A stretch of 64,000 bases of DNA from Caulobacteraceae bacterium (GTDB taxonomy: Bacteria; Pseudomonadota; Alphaproteobacteria; Caulobacterales; Caulobacteraceae). A program made the position numbers and the translations under genes. The DNA lies in assembly GCA_041691315.1 (NCBI GenBank), contig JBEPUW010000010.1, forward strand, positions 4,583-68,582, in the 5' to 3' direction. Below are positions 47,200 to 55,405 of the stretch, piece after piece. Below the pieces are notes generated by a model, which was given only the letters and a program-made list of their open reading frames with translations, was not told the origin of the DNA and searched no databases. Position 1 is the first letter of the stretch; the number at the start of each line of letters is the position of its first letter.

Positions 47200-47329
47200 G
47201 TCGGCGGTGGCGACAGGTATCGGGTTCTTCGTCACCCCTGAAAGGGCGGCCGGAGCGCAAGCTCAACTGGGTCTGGACGCTGACACGTCCGGCGGAAGCG
47301 CCCTCCCGATCCGCTCATTCCCCGCCGAC
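47200..47329 (+). ncRNA. Y-like RNA 4 (same terminal module, multi-hairpin internal domain)
   Basis: GTCGGCGG/CCGCCGAC stem, TGGCGACA/..ATTCC loop, GGTATCGGG/CCCGATCC stem, shared GGGTTCTTCG motif; followed by a T6 run. Confidence 0.7.
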
Positions 47330-47347
47330 AATTTTTTCCCCACTCGC

Positions 47348-47380
47348 CTTGTTGCATTATGCAACAAGCTGAACTAGAAG
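47348..47380 (+). promoter_or_regulatory. Palindromic operator 3 and promoter for the rsr operon
   Basis: CTTGTTGCAT-t-ATGCAACAAG perfect inverted repeat; -35 TTGCAT (47352) 17 nt before TAGAAG (47375). Confidence 0.7.
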
Positions 47381-47585
47381 TCTCTCGTCTTCGGGACGCG
47401 GCGGGCGATAAGCCTCCGTCGACTGACGATCCGATCCAGGCATGAAGAGAACCATGACTTCGATATTGAAGCCAAACCGCCCAGAGGGTTCCAACCCTAC
47501 GCCCTGACGCCGATCGGCTGTCGGGGTCTGGACGTCTCGTCCTTCCCCGATCGGCCCCGCCAACGACGTCAAAAGGAGGCGCGCC

Positions 47586-48905
47586 ATGCGCTTCAACCTC
47601 TTCGCCAAGCAAGCTGTCGCCAACTTTGAAGGCGTCCCCGCCATCCAGCTGAATGCCGAGCAGAAGCTGCGCCGATCCGTCCTCTCGTGCCTCCTGTGGG
47701 AGGACGAGTTCTATGAGGACGGCCAGGCGATCGCCGACCGCATCGCGGCACTTGCCGCGGATGTCGACCCGGCTGTGGTCGCCGCCCTGGCGATCGAGGC
47801 GCGTGAGTCGTTCAAGCTGCGCCACGCGCCCCTGATGCTGCTCTGCGCCCTGGCGCGGACCGGGTCTGGCACGTCGCTGGTGTCGGAGACGATCGCGCGC
47901 GTCATCCAGCGGGCCGACGAGTTAGCTGAGTTCCTGAGCCTCTACTGGAGAGGCGGTCGCAAGCCGCTGTCCAAGCAGATGAAGAAGGGGCTCGCCGCCG
48001 CCTTCGCCAAGTTCGACGCCTATCAATTGGCGAAGTATGACCGCGACGGCCCGGTGAAGCTCCGGGACGTCCTATTCCTGGTGCACGCCAAGCCGAAGGA
48101 CGAGGCTCAGGCCGCCCTGTGGAAGCAGGTCGCCGAACGGTCCCTGCCGTCGCCGGACACCTGGGAGGTCGCCCTCTCGGGCGGCGCCGACAAGCGGGAA
48201 AGCTTCGAGCGACTGCTGGCCGATCGCAAGCTGGGCTACCTGGCACTGCTCCGGAACCTCCGGAACATGGATCAGGCCGGCGTCGATGAGGTCCTGGTCA
48301 AGGACGCCATCCTGGCGCGCCGCGGCGCGGAGCGGATCCTTCCGTTCCGCTATGTAGCGGCGGCCCGGGCGGCGCCCCGGTTCGAGCCCTGGCTCGACCA
48401 GGCCCTCGCCGAGGCGGTGCTGGAAGGCCCCGTGTTCGAGGGTCGGACCATCATCCTGGTAGACGTATCGCCCTCGATGGCGGTGCGGCTGTCGGCGAAG
48501 TCGGACCTGACCCGGATGGACGCGGCGGCCACGCTGGCCTCGGTCGTGCCGGGCGATGTGCGGGTCTTCTCCTTCTCCAACGAGGTGGTGGAGGTCCCGC
48601 CGCGGCGCGGCATGGCGGGGGTGGATGCGGTAATCCGCTCCCAGCCCAGCAACGGCACCCTGCTCGGCAAGGCGGTGACCCACGTCAACGCCCTGCCGCA
48701 CGAGCGGCTGATCGTCGTCACCGACGAGCAGTCGCAGGACCCGGTCCCGGATCCGAAGGCGGCCAAGGCCTATATGGTCAACGTCGCCAGCGCCCGGAAC
48801 GGCGTCGGCTATGGTCGTTGGACCCATGTCGATGGTTTCTCCGAGGCTGTCCTGGGCTTCATTCGTGAGCACGAACAGCTCATGAGCGAGGCCCGCCAAG
48901 GATGA
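47586..48905 (+). CDS. rsr: Ro60/Rsr ortholog (TROVE + vWA domains)
   Basis: SCLLWEDEFY, FDAYQLAKY, LRDVLFLVHAKP, PDTWE..LS, LGYLALLRNLRN; vWA MIDAS DVSPSM and TDEQ; AGGAGG RBS. Confidence 0.9.
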   Translation: MRFNLFAKQAVANFEGVPAIQLNAEQKLRRSVLSCLLWEDEFYEDGQAIADRIAALAADVDPAVVAALAIEARESFKLRHAPLMLLCALARTGSGTSLVSETIARVIQRADELAEFLSLYWRGGRKPLSKQMKKGLAAAFAKFDAYQLAKYDRDGPVKLRDVLFLVHAKPKDEAQAALWKQVAERSLPSPDTWEVALSGGADKRESFERLLADRKLGYLALLRNLRNMDQAGVDEVLVKDAILARRGAERILPFRYVAAARAAPRFEPWLDQALAEAVLEGPVFEGRTIILVDVSPSMAVRLSAKSDLTRMDAAATLASVVPGDVRVFSFSNEVVEVPPRRGMAGVDAVIRSQPSNGTLLGKAVTHVNALPHERLIVVTDEQSQDPVPDPKAAKAYMVNVASARNGVGYGRWTHVDGFSEAVLGFIREHEQLMSEARQG

Positions 48906-49174
48906 CACCGGAGGTCCTTCGGCAGGCGGCGATCACCCTATTCGGCGAGCGGGGCTGGATGTCCCGTCTCGCCGAATCCCTGGGGGTGGATCGGTCATCG
49001 GTGTCCCGTTGGTTTGCGGGCCTGCCGGTGCCCGGTCCCGTCGCCGCCGCTGTCGAGGCCTGGCTGACACTCTATAAACTGACCGGTCTTCGTCCGGACG
49101 AACTGGACAGGCTCGATCAGATCAAACCATCCGGCGAAGGGGGCGAGCCGCCTATCCATCGCTTTCGAAAGTAG
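48902..49174 (+). CDS. Small HTH (XRE/Cro-like) protein
   Basis: SRLAESLGVDRSSVSRW helix-turn-helix; ATGA-coupled to rsr. Confidence 0.75.
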   Translation: MTPEVLRQAAITLFGERGWMSRLAESLGVDRSSVSRWFAGLPVPGPVAAAVEAWLTLYKLTGLRPDELDRLDQIKPSGEGGEPPIHRFRK

Positions 49175-49189
49175 CTCCGAAGAAACCCC

Positions 49190-50586
49190 ATGTTCCTGTC
49201 TATCGCGACCACCCACCGGCCGGCCACCGACCTCGGCTTTCTGCTGCACAAGCATCCCGAGCGCGTGCACGAGACCGAGTTGCCGTTCGGCAAGGCCTTC
49301 GTCTTCTATCCCCAGGCGGACGACACCCGCTGCGAGGCTGCGCTGGTGCTGGACATCGACCCGATCGGCCTGGTGCGCGGCAAGGGGCGTTCGGAGGGGC
49401 TGCTGGACGCCTATGTCAACGACCGTCCCTATGCGGCCTCGTCCTTCCTGTCAGTCGCCATGGGCCGCGCCCTGCGCACGGCCATGACCGGCGCCTCACG
49501 CGAGCGCCCAGACCTCGCTGAGACCGAAATCCCGCTCGAAGTGACCGTAACCCCCCTGCCCGCGCGCGGCGGCGCGCGTCTGGTGCACGAACTGTTCGAG
49601 CCGTTGGGCTGGGTAGTCGAAACTGAGGCTGTGGAAGATGGCGGGGCGCTGAGCGGCAAGACGCCGACCTATGTCACCCTCAAGCTGACCGGCGTCGCGC
49701 GCCTGCAGGCCCTGCTCAACCACCTTTATGTGCTGATCCCTGTGCTCGACGACGACAAGCACTACTGGGTCGGCGAGGACGAGGTCGAGAAGTTGCTCAA
49801 GCGCGGCGAAGGCTGGCTTGACAGTCATCCGGCGCGCGACCTGATCGTTCGGCGCTACCTCATCCACCGGCGGAGTCTGGCGCGCGATGCGCTGGAACGG
49901 CTCGCGCCGGAGACGCGCGAGGAAACCGCCGAACCCGAAAAGCGCATAACGCCGGAGGCGGCGCTCGAGGCGCCGTTTCGCCTGAATGACCAGCGTCTGG
50001 ACGCCGTTGTCGATGCTCTGCGCGCCAGCGGCGCCCGCGCCATTGCCGACCTCGGCTGCGGCGAGGGCAAGCTGCTGCAACGCCTGGTGCGCGAGCGTTG
50101 GGTCGAGCGGCTGATCGGCGTCGACGCCGCCGCTCGCGACCTGGAATGGCGTCCAAGCGGCTCAAGCTCGACGTCGCCGGCGCGCCGCCTGAGGGTCGCG
50201 TCACCCTGCTGCACGGCGGAATTACCTATCGCGATAGGCGCTGGGAGGACGTCGACGCGGTTGCCCTGGTTGAGGTGATCGAGCACCTGGACGCCGAACG
50301 CCTGCCGACCCTGGAGAAGATTGTCTTCGGTGCGGCCCGCCCAGCGACCATTGTCGTGACTACGCCCAATGCTGACTACAACGCCCTATTCCCCAATCTG
50401 GCTTCCGGCGCCTTCCGGCACCCGGATCACCGGTTCGAGTGGACGCGCGCGCAGTTCGAGGGATGGGCGGTCGGGGTGGCGGAGGCGCATGGGTACGGCG
50501 TGGCGTTCAGCGGCATCGGCGCCGTCGACGAGACTCTAGGCGCACCGACCCAAATGGCGGTCTTCACCAAGGGAAGCGCGGCATGA
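49190..50586 (+). pseudogene. hen1: 3'-terminal RNA 2'-O-methyltransferase Hen1, frameshifted near 50145-50149 (real or sequencing error)
   Basis: ATDLGFLLHKHP, YVNDRPYAASS, KHYWVG, DLGCGEG in the first frame; EVIEH, TTPN, FRHPDHRFEWTR in a second frame (ORF 50098..50586). Confidence 0.88.
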
Positions 50587-53144
50587 ACCTCGACCTTCCT
50601 GACTTCGCGCTTGTGGTGCTGATCGGCGCCTCCGGCTCCGGTAAGTCGACCTTCGCGGCCAAGCATTTCGCGCCGACGGAAGTGATTTCCTCCGACTATG
50701 CACGCGGCCTCGTGTCCGACGATGAGACCGATCAGTCGGTGAGCGCCGACGCCTTCGAACTGGTCCGCGCCATCGCCGAGAAGCGGCTGAAGCACCGTCG
50801 GCTTACGGTGATCGACGCCACCAATGTACGACCCGCCGATCGCAAGGGCTGGATTGAAATCGCGCGCCGCTGGCACGCTCTGCCGGTGGCGATCGTGATC
50901 GACCCGGGCATCAGCGTCTGCGTTGAACGCAACAAGGGCCGCGCTGACCGACCGTTTGGCGCCAATGTGATCCAGCGCATGTCGTCCGAGATCCGGCGCG
51001 GCTTACGCGGCCTGCAGCGGGAGGGCTTCCGCCAGGTCTGGACGCTGAGCAACGAGGGCGAGGTCGACGCCGCCGTCGTGGAGCGAAAGCCGCTTTGGAC
51101 CGACAAGCGTGGCGATTGCGGTCCATTCGACATCATCGGCGACGTGCACGGCTGCGCCTCTGAGCTGGAGGAACTCCTGACGGCCCTCGGATACGCGGTC
51201 GCCTGGAGCGAGACGCTCGGCGAGCGGACGGTCGTGGTTACGCCGCCGGTGGGTCGCAAGGCGGTCTTCCTCGGCGACCTGGTCGATCGCGGACCCAACG
51301 CGCCGGATTGCCTGCGGATCGCCATGAGTATGACGGCGGCGGGGACGGGCTACTGCATCCAGGGCAACCACGAGCGCAAGTTCGGCCGCTGGCTGGCGGG
51401 ACGCAAGGTGACCATCGCCCACGGCCTGCAGCAGACCATCGACCAGTACGAGCTGGCCGACCGAGGCTTCAAGGAAACCGTGCAGCCCTTCGTGGATGAC
51501 CTGCGCAGCCATCTGTGGCTCGACGGCGGCCGCCTCGCCGTCGCCCATGCGGGCCTGAAGGCCGAGATGATCGGACGGGGCTCGGGCGCCGTGCGCGAAT
51601 TCGCCCTCTACGGCGAGACGACGGGCGAGATCGACGAGTTCGGTCTGCCGGTGCGCGCTGATTGGGCCGCCAACTATCGCGGCGAGACGGCCGTGGTCTA
51701 TGGCCATACGCCGATGCCCGAAGCGCAGTGGGTCAACAACACCCTTTGCATCGACACCGGCTGCGTGTTCGGCGGCAAGCTGACTGCGCTGCGCTGGCCT
51801 GAACGCGAACTGATTGAGGTCCCGGCCCATCAGGTCTGGTGCGAGCCGATGCGTCCGCTCGCGCCAGCCGCCGATGGGCGCTCCGCCCAGGCCGAAGCGG
51901 ACGATCTACTGGACATGGAGGATGTCAGCGGCCGGCGCTGGATCGAGACCACGCTACGGGGCCGCGTCGTCGTCGCTGAAGAGAATGCCGCCGCCGCACT
52001 TGAGGTGATGAGCCGTTTCGCGCTCTCGCCCCAATGGCTAGCCTACCTGCCGCCGACCATGTCGCCTAGCGAGACCTCGTCCGCAGACGGCTGGCTGGAA
52101 CGGCCGGAGGAAGCCTTCGCCCATTACCGCAAGCTGGGTGTGGCCGAGGTCGTGTGTGAGGAAAAGCACATGGGCTCGCGTGCAATCATCGCGCTTTGCC
52201 GCGACGCTGACGCAGCGCGCGCCCGCTTCGACGCGGCGAGCAACGAGACCGGCGCCATCTGGACCCGCACGGGAAGGAGCTTCTTCAACGACCCGGCGAT
52301 GACCGAGGCACTGCTTGGCCGCCTGCGTGGGGCGGTGGACAGCGCCGGTCTGTGGGATGAACTCGCCAGCGACTGGATGCTGCTCGACGCGGAGATCATG
52401 CCTTGGTCGGCCAAGGCCGGCGCCCTTATCGACGCCCAGTACGCACCGGTCGCGGCCTCCTCGCGCGCCGGCCTCGGGGCTGCGTCAGCCGCCCTGGCCC
52501 GCGCCAGTGCGCGCGGCGTTCCGGCCGCCGACCTGGCGACGCACTATGCCGATCGTCAGGAGCGCGCCGCCCTCTATGCGCGCGCCTGGAAGCCCTATGT
52601 CTGGCAGGTCTCCGGCGTCGACGATCTCCGGGTCGCGCCATTCCATCTGCTCGCCAGCGAGGGGCGGGTCTGGCTCGACCAGGATCACCTTTGGCACATG
52701 GGCCTCGCCGATCGGCTGGCCGCGACGGGCGAGGCTGTGGTCGCACCGACTAGGTGGCGCTTGCTCGACCTTTCAGATGCCGAGGCCTGCACTGACGCAG
52801 CCAATTGGTGGGAAACGCTCACGACGACCGGCGGGGAAGGCATGGTGGTCAAGCCGCGCGACTTCATTACCCGGGGTCCGAAAGGGCTGCTGCAACCCGC
52901 GCTGAAGGTTCGTGGACGCGAATATCTGCGCATCATATATGGCCCTGAATACGATGCACCCGAGCACCTCGCGCGGCTCCGTGAGCGGGGCCTGAACGGC
53001 AAGCGCAACCTGGCCCTGCGCGAGTTTGCTCTGGGCCATGAAGCTTTGCGCCGCCTTGTCGCCGGAGAGCCCCTGCGTCGCGTGCATGAATGCGTGTTTG
53101 CGGTCCTCGCTCTTGAGAGCGAGCCGATCGACCCGCGTCTGTGA
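50583..53144 (+). CDS. pnkp: Polynucleotide kinase-phosphatase-ligase Pnkp
   Basis: Kinase GASGSGKS/DATN; phosphoesterase GDVHG, GDLVDRG, GNHE, GHTP; ligase EEKHMGSR, EGMVVKP, KVRGREYLRIIYG, DPRL*. Confidence 0.95.
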   Translation: MNLDLPDFALVVLIGASGSGKSTFAAKHFAPTEVISSDYARGLVSDDETDQSVSADAFELVRAIAEKRLKHRRLTVIDATNVRPADRKGWIEIARRWHALPVAIVIDPGISVCVERNKGRADRPFGANVIQRMSSEIRRGLRGLQREGFRQVWTLSNEGEVDAAVVERKPLWTDKRGDCGPFDIIGDVHGCASELEELLTALGYAVAWSETLGERTVVVTPPVGRKAVFLGDLVDRGPNAPDCLRIAMSMTAAGTGYCIQGNHERKFGRWLAGRKVTIAHGLQQTIDQYELADRGFKETVQPFVDDLRSHLWLDGGRLAVAHAGLKAEMIGRGSGAVREFALYGETTGEIDEFGLPVRADWAANYRGETAVVYGHTPMPEAQWVNNTLCIDTGCVFGGKLTALRWPERELIEVPAHQVWCEPMRPLAPAADGRSAQAEADDLLDMEDVSGRRWIETTLRGRVVVAEENAAAALEVMSRFALSPQWLAYLPPTMSPSETSSADGWLERPEEAFAHYRKLGVAEVVCEEKHMGSRAIIALCRDADAARARFDAASNETGAIWTRTGRSFFNDPAMTEALLGRLRGAVDSAGLWDELASDWMLLDAEIMPWSAKAGALIDAQYAPVAASSRAGLGAASAALARASARGVPAADLATHYADRQERAALYARAWKPYVWQVSGVDDLRVAPFHLLASEGRVWLDQDHLWHMGLADRLAATGEAVVAPTRWRLLDLSDAEACTDAANWWETLTTTGGEGMVVKPRDFITRGPKGLLQPALKVRGREYLRIIYGPEYDAPEHLARLRERGLNGKRNLALREFALGHEALRRLVAGEPLRRVHECVFAVLALESEPIDPRL

Positions 53145-53148
53145 ATCC

Positions 53149-54204
53149 ATGGCATCCCGAACTCGACAGCAACTCCCCGAAGAGATCGCCGCGCCCTTAT
53201 CGCGGCTTGGCGAAGCCATCAGCGCTGGCCGCGTCACGGCGGCCGAAGCCCGCGCGGCCCTCGCGGCGATCAGCCGTCTGCCGCCGGAGGCTGTGAGCTG
53301 GGCCGATCGCCCGATCGCGAGGCTTCTCGGGATCGATTGGCAATATAGCTACAGCAGACCGTCACTCGTCGGGATGTTCGGACCGGACCAAGCCGCCTTC
53401 GCGCTGCTCATCGCCCACCCGGATTTGGCGGCGCTCTTTATGTTTCACCACAGCGGCTTTGTCAGGCAACGGGCGCTGGAGACCTTATCTGCCCCGCCCG
53501 CCACGCCGTTTCTTCTGACCGGCCTGATGTTGCGCATGAACGATTGGGTGCGTCAGGTCAGGCTTTCCGCGCGTTACAGCGCTGAGCGGCTCCTGCCCCA
53601 GACCGCGCCCGAGGTTGTCGCTGCTGCGGCGCCGTATCTGCTCGACCGGTGGCGCAAATGGGGGCGATGGGATGCCGATGGCATTGCGGTCCTCGACTCC
53701 GCCCTTCAGCGTCCCGAGGTTGTCGCCGCACTGGTTCAGCGGTTCCTCAGCAAGACACCGGGCTCGCTGGCGATCCCCCTTCGCCATGCGCTGAGGGGGG
53801 CAAGCCTCGATCCGTACCTCTATGAACTGGCCCACAATGCTGTTCATCCGTCGGTGCGTGTGATCGCCCTGACGGCCCTGATCAACAAACGAACATCGTG
53901 GCCTGCCGGGTTCCGACAGCAATGGATCGACAAAACCTACGGCCTCAGCCGCCGGGTCGTCGTGCTGGAGAGCCGAGCTGTTCCCCACGATTATCCAACC
54001 GCGCCCTTGATCCGCACAGCGCTGAAGGATCGGTCCGCTGCAATCAGGCGCGTCGCCGCTGACGCTGTCATTGAGCAACGCGCCGGCTTGCCCGATGTGG
54101 ACGACCTTGCCGACGCCATGAGTGTCGATCGCACCCCAGCCATCAGGGACCGCGGCGAATTTCTCCGCCGCAAATTGGCGGAAGAACGGGATCGGCGGGG
54201 ATAG
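53149..54204 (+). CDS. Helical (HEAT-repeat-like) hypothetical protein
   Basis: HHSGFVRQRAL, NDWVRQVR, DRSAAIRRVAA repeat-like segments; 4 nt after the pnkp stop. Confidence 0.65.
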   Translation: MASRTRQQLPEEIAAPLSRLGEAISAGRVTAAEARAALAAISRLPPEAVSWADRPIARLLGIDWQYSYSRPSLVGMFGPDQAAFALLIAHPDLAALFMFHHSGFVRQRALETLSAPPATPFLLTGLMLRMNDWVRQVRLSARYSAERLLPQTAPEVVAAAAPYLLDRWRKWGRWDADGIAVLDSALQRPEVVAALVQRFLSKTPGSLAIPLRHALRGASLDPYLYELAHNAVHPSVRVIALTALINKRTSWPAGFRQQWIDKTYGLSRRVVVLESRAVPHDYPTAPLIRTALKDRSAAIRRVAADAVIEQRAGLPDVDDLADAMSVDRTPAIRDRGEFLRRKLAEERDRRG

Positions 54205-54211
54205 CGACACC

Positions 54212-55033
54212 ATGGGCGACCTCCGTTCAATTCCCGACAATTTCACCGCCGCCGCCGTCGCGGCCATCGATGCTCGCCTTGACGCGATCTGCGCCGAGCA
54301 TGCCGTCGCGATTCCGCTGGCCATCGAAAGCGGCAGTCGCGCCTGGGGCTTTCCGTCGCCGGACAGCGACTACGACTGCCGCTTCGTATTCGTACGGCCG
54401 GTGGACCAGCATCTTTCACCCTGGCCACGGCGCGACGTGATCGAGACTCCTCTGGACGCGGTCCTCGACGTCAACGGCTGGGAACTGGGTAAGGCGATCA
54501 AGCTTCTGCTCAACGGCAATGCGGTGATTATTGAGTGGCTGCGGTCGCCGCTCGCCTATCGCGGCGAAGCTTGGTTCCGGGATGCATTCCTGGAGTTCAC
54601 GGGCCGCTTCGCCGATCGCGACTTGATCGCTCGCCATTATCTGCACTTGGGCGAGCGGCAGCGACGCGTTCATTTTGGCGACGGCAAGGTCGTGCCGCAG
54701 AAGAAGATCTTCTACGCCTTACGTCCAGCGGCGACCTTGCGATGGCTGAGGCTGCACCCTGACCAGGCTGTGGCGCCGATGCATTTCCCGACCTTGATGG
54801 CCGAATGCGAGCCAGCGACCGACGTGGCCGCCCTGACGGCCGACCTGATTGCCCGCAAGGCCGTGACCCACGAACTGGGCGCAGAGCCCCTGCCGCTCAT
54901 CATCGCCGCCTTCATCGATGAAGAGTTCGCCATCGCGCGGCCGCGCTACGAGGGCGCAACGTCGATGGTGTCGACCACTGCCCGGAACGAAGCCGAACGG
55001 TTCTATCGCGAGATCACTCGCCGGTGCTTTTGA
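54212..55033 (+). CDS. Pol-beta-superfamily nucleotidyltransferase (RlaP/YcgL-like)
   Basis: ESGSRAWGFPSPDSDYD.RF, DVNGWEL.K, EWL.SP, KK.FYALRP. Confidence 0.85.
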   Translation: MGDLRSIPDNFTAAAVAAIDARLDAICAEHAVAIPLAIESGSRAWGFPSPDSDYDCRFVFVRPVDQHLSPWPRRDVIETPLDAVLDVNGWELGKAIKLLLNGNAVIIEWLRSPLAYRGEAWFRDAFLEFTGRFADRDLIARHYLHLGERQRRVHFGDGKVVPQKKIFYALRPAATLRWLRLHPDQAVAPMHFPTLMAECEPATDVAALTADLIARKAVTHELGAEPLPLIIAAFIDEEFAIARPRYEGATSMVSTTARNEAERFYREITRRCF

Positions 55034-55107
55034 ACCGGCATCGGTGAGCCATGACAAGTCCAGCCGAAACCTTTATGGCTTTGCGCCTTCACCAAAGGGA
55101 GGCGACC

Positions 55108-55356
55108 ATGCGCAAGCACCGTTCGACCGACGACCTCGACTGCTTTCGAGGTGACGTCTAAGCGTCGTAGAGGATTCCCGTCCGAGACCCACGTCAAACG
55201 CGGCGTCCGGATCGTCCATGGCGACAAGGAACTCACAGAGAAGCTGGGACGCAACGATCCCTGCCCCTGCGGCTCCACCCGGTTATTTCAAAAAGTGCTG
55301 CCTCACCTCCGGCCGGATGGATGGCAGTAACCGACATGATTTCTTTCAGGGACTGA
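55108..55356 (+). CDS. SEC-C zinc-finger protein (81 aa when each of three TTT-C sites is read with a +1 shift)
   Basis: GGGAGG RBS 5 nt before ATG 55108; [13 protein letters not shown] in one frame and FKKCC in the next; shifts at 55144, 55286, 55344; not in the ORF track as a unit. Confidence 0.7.
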
Positions 55357-55405
55357 GGAGCGCAGCGCCGTCCGCCAGGTCGTGGCGGACGGCGAATGGC
55401 CGTTT

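Noticed and set aside
47120-47250. GAAA loops in RNAs 3 and 4 as quadruplet anticodons for the UUUC sites of the SEC-C gene
   Set aside because: GAAA is a very common tetraloop and these units lack an acceptor end; no support beyond 4-nt complementarity
46703-47329. CRISPR array (recurring GGTGGCG motif at intervals)
   Set aside because: Repeats are short and degenerate, spacing is irregular (about 120-210 nt), units fold by end-to-end pairing, and no cas1/cas2 or effector genes are present
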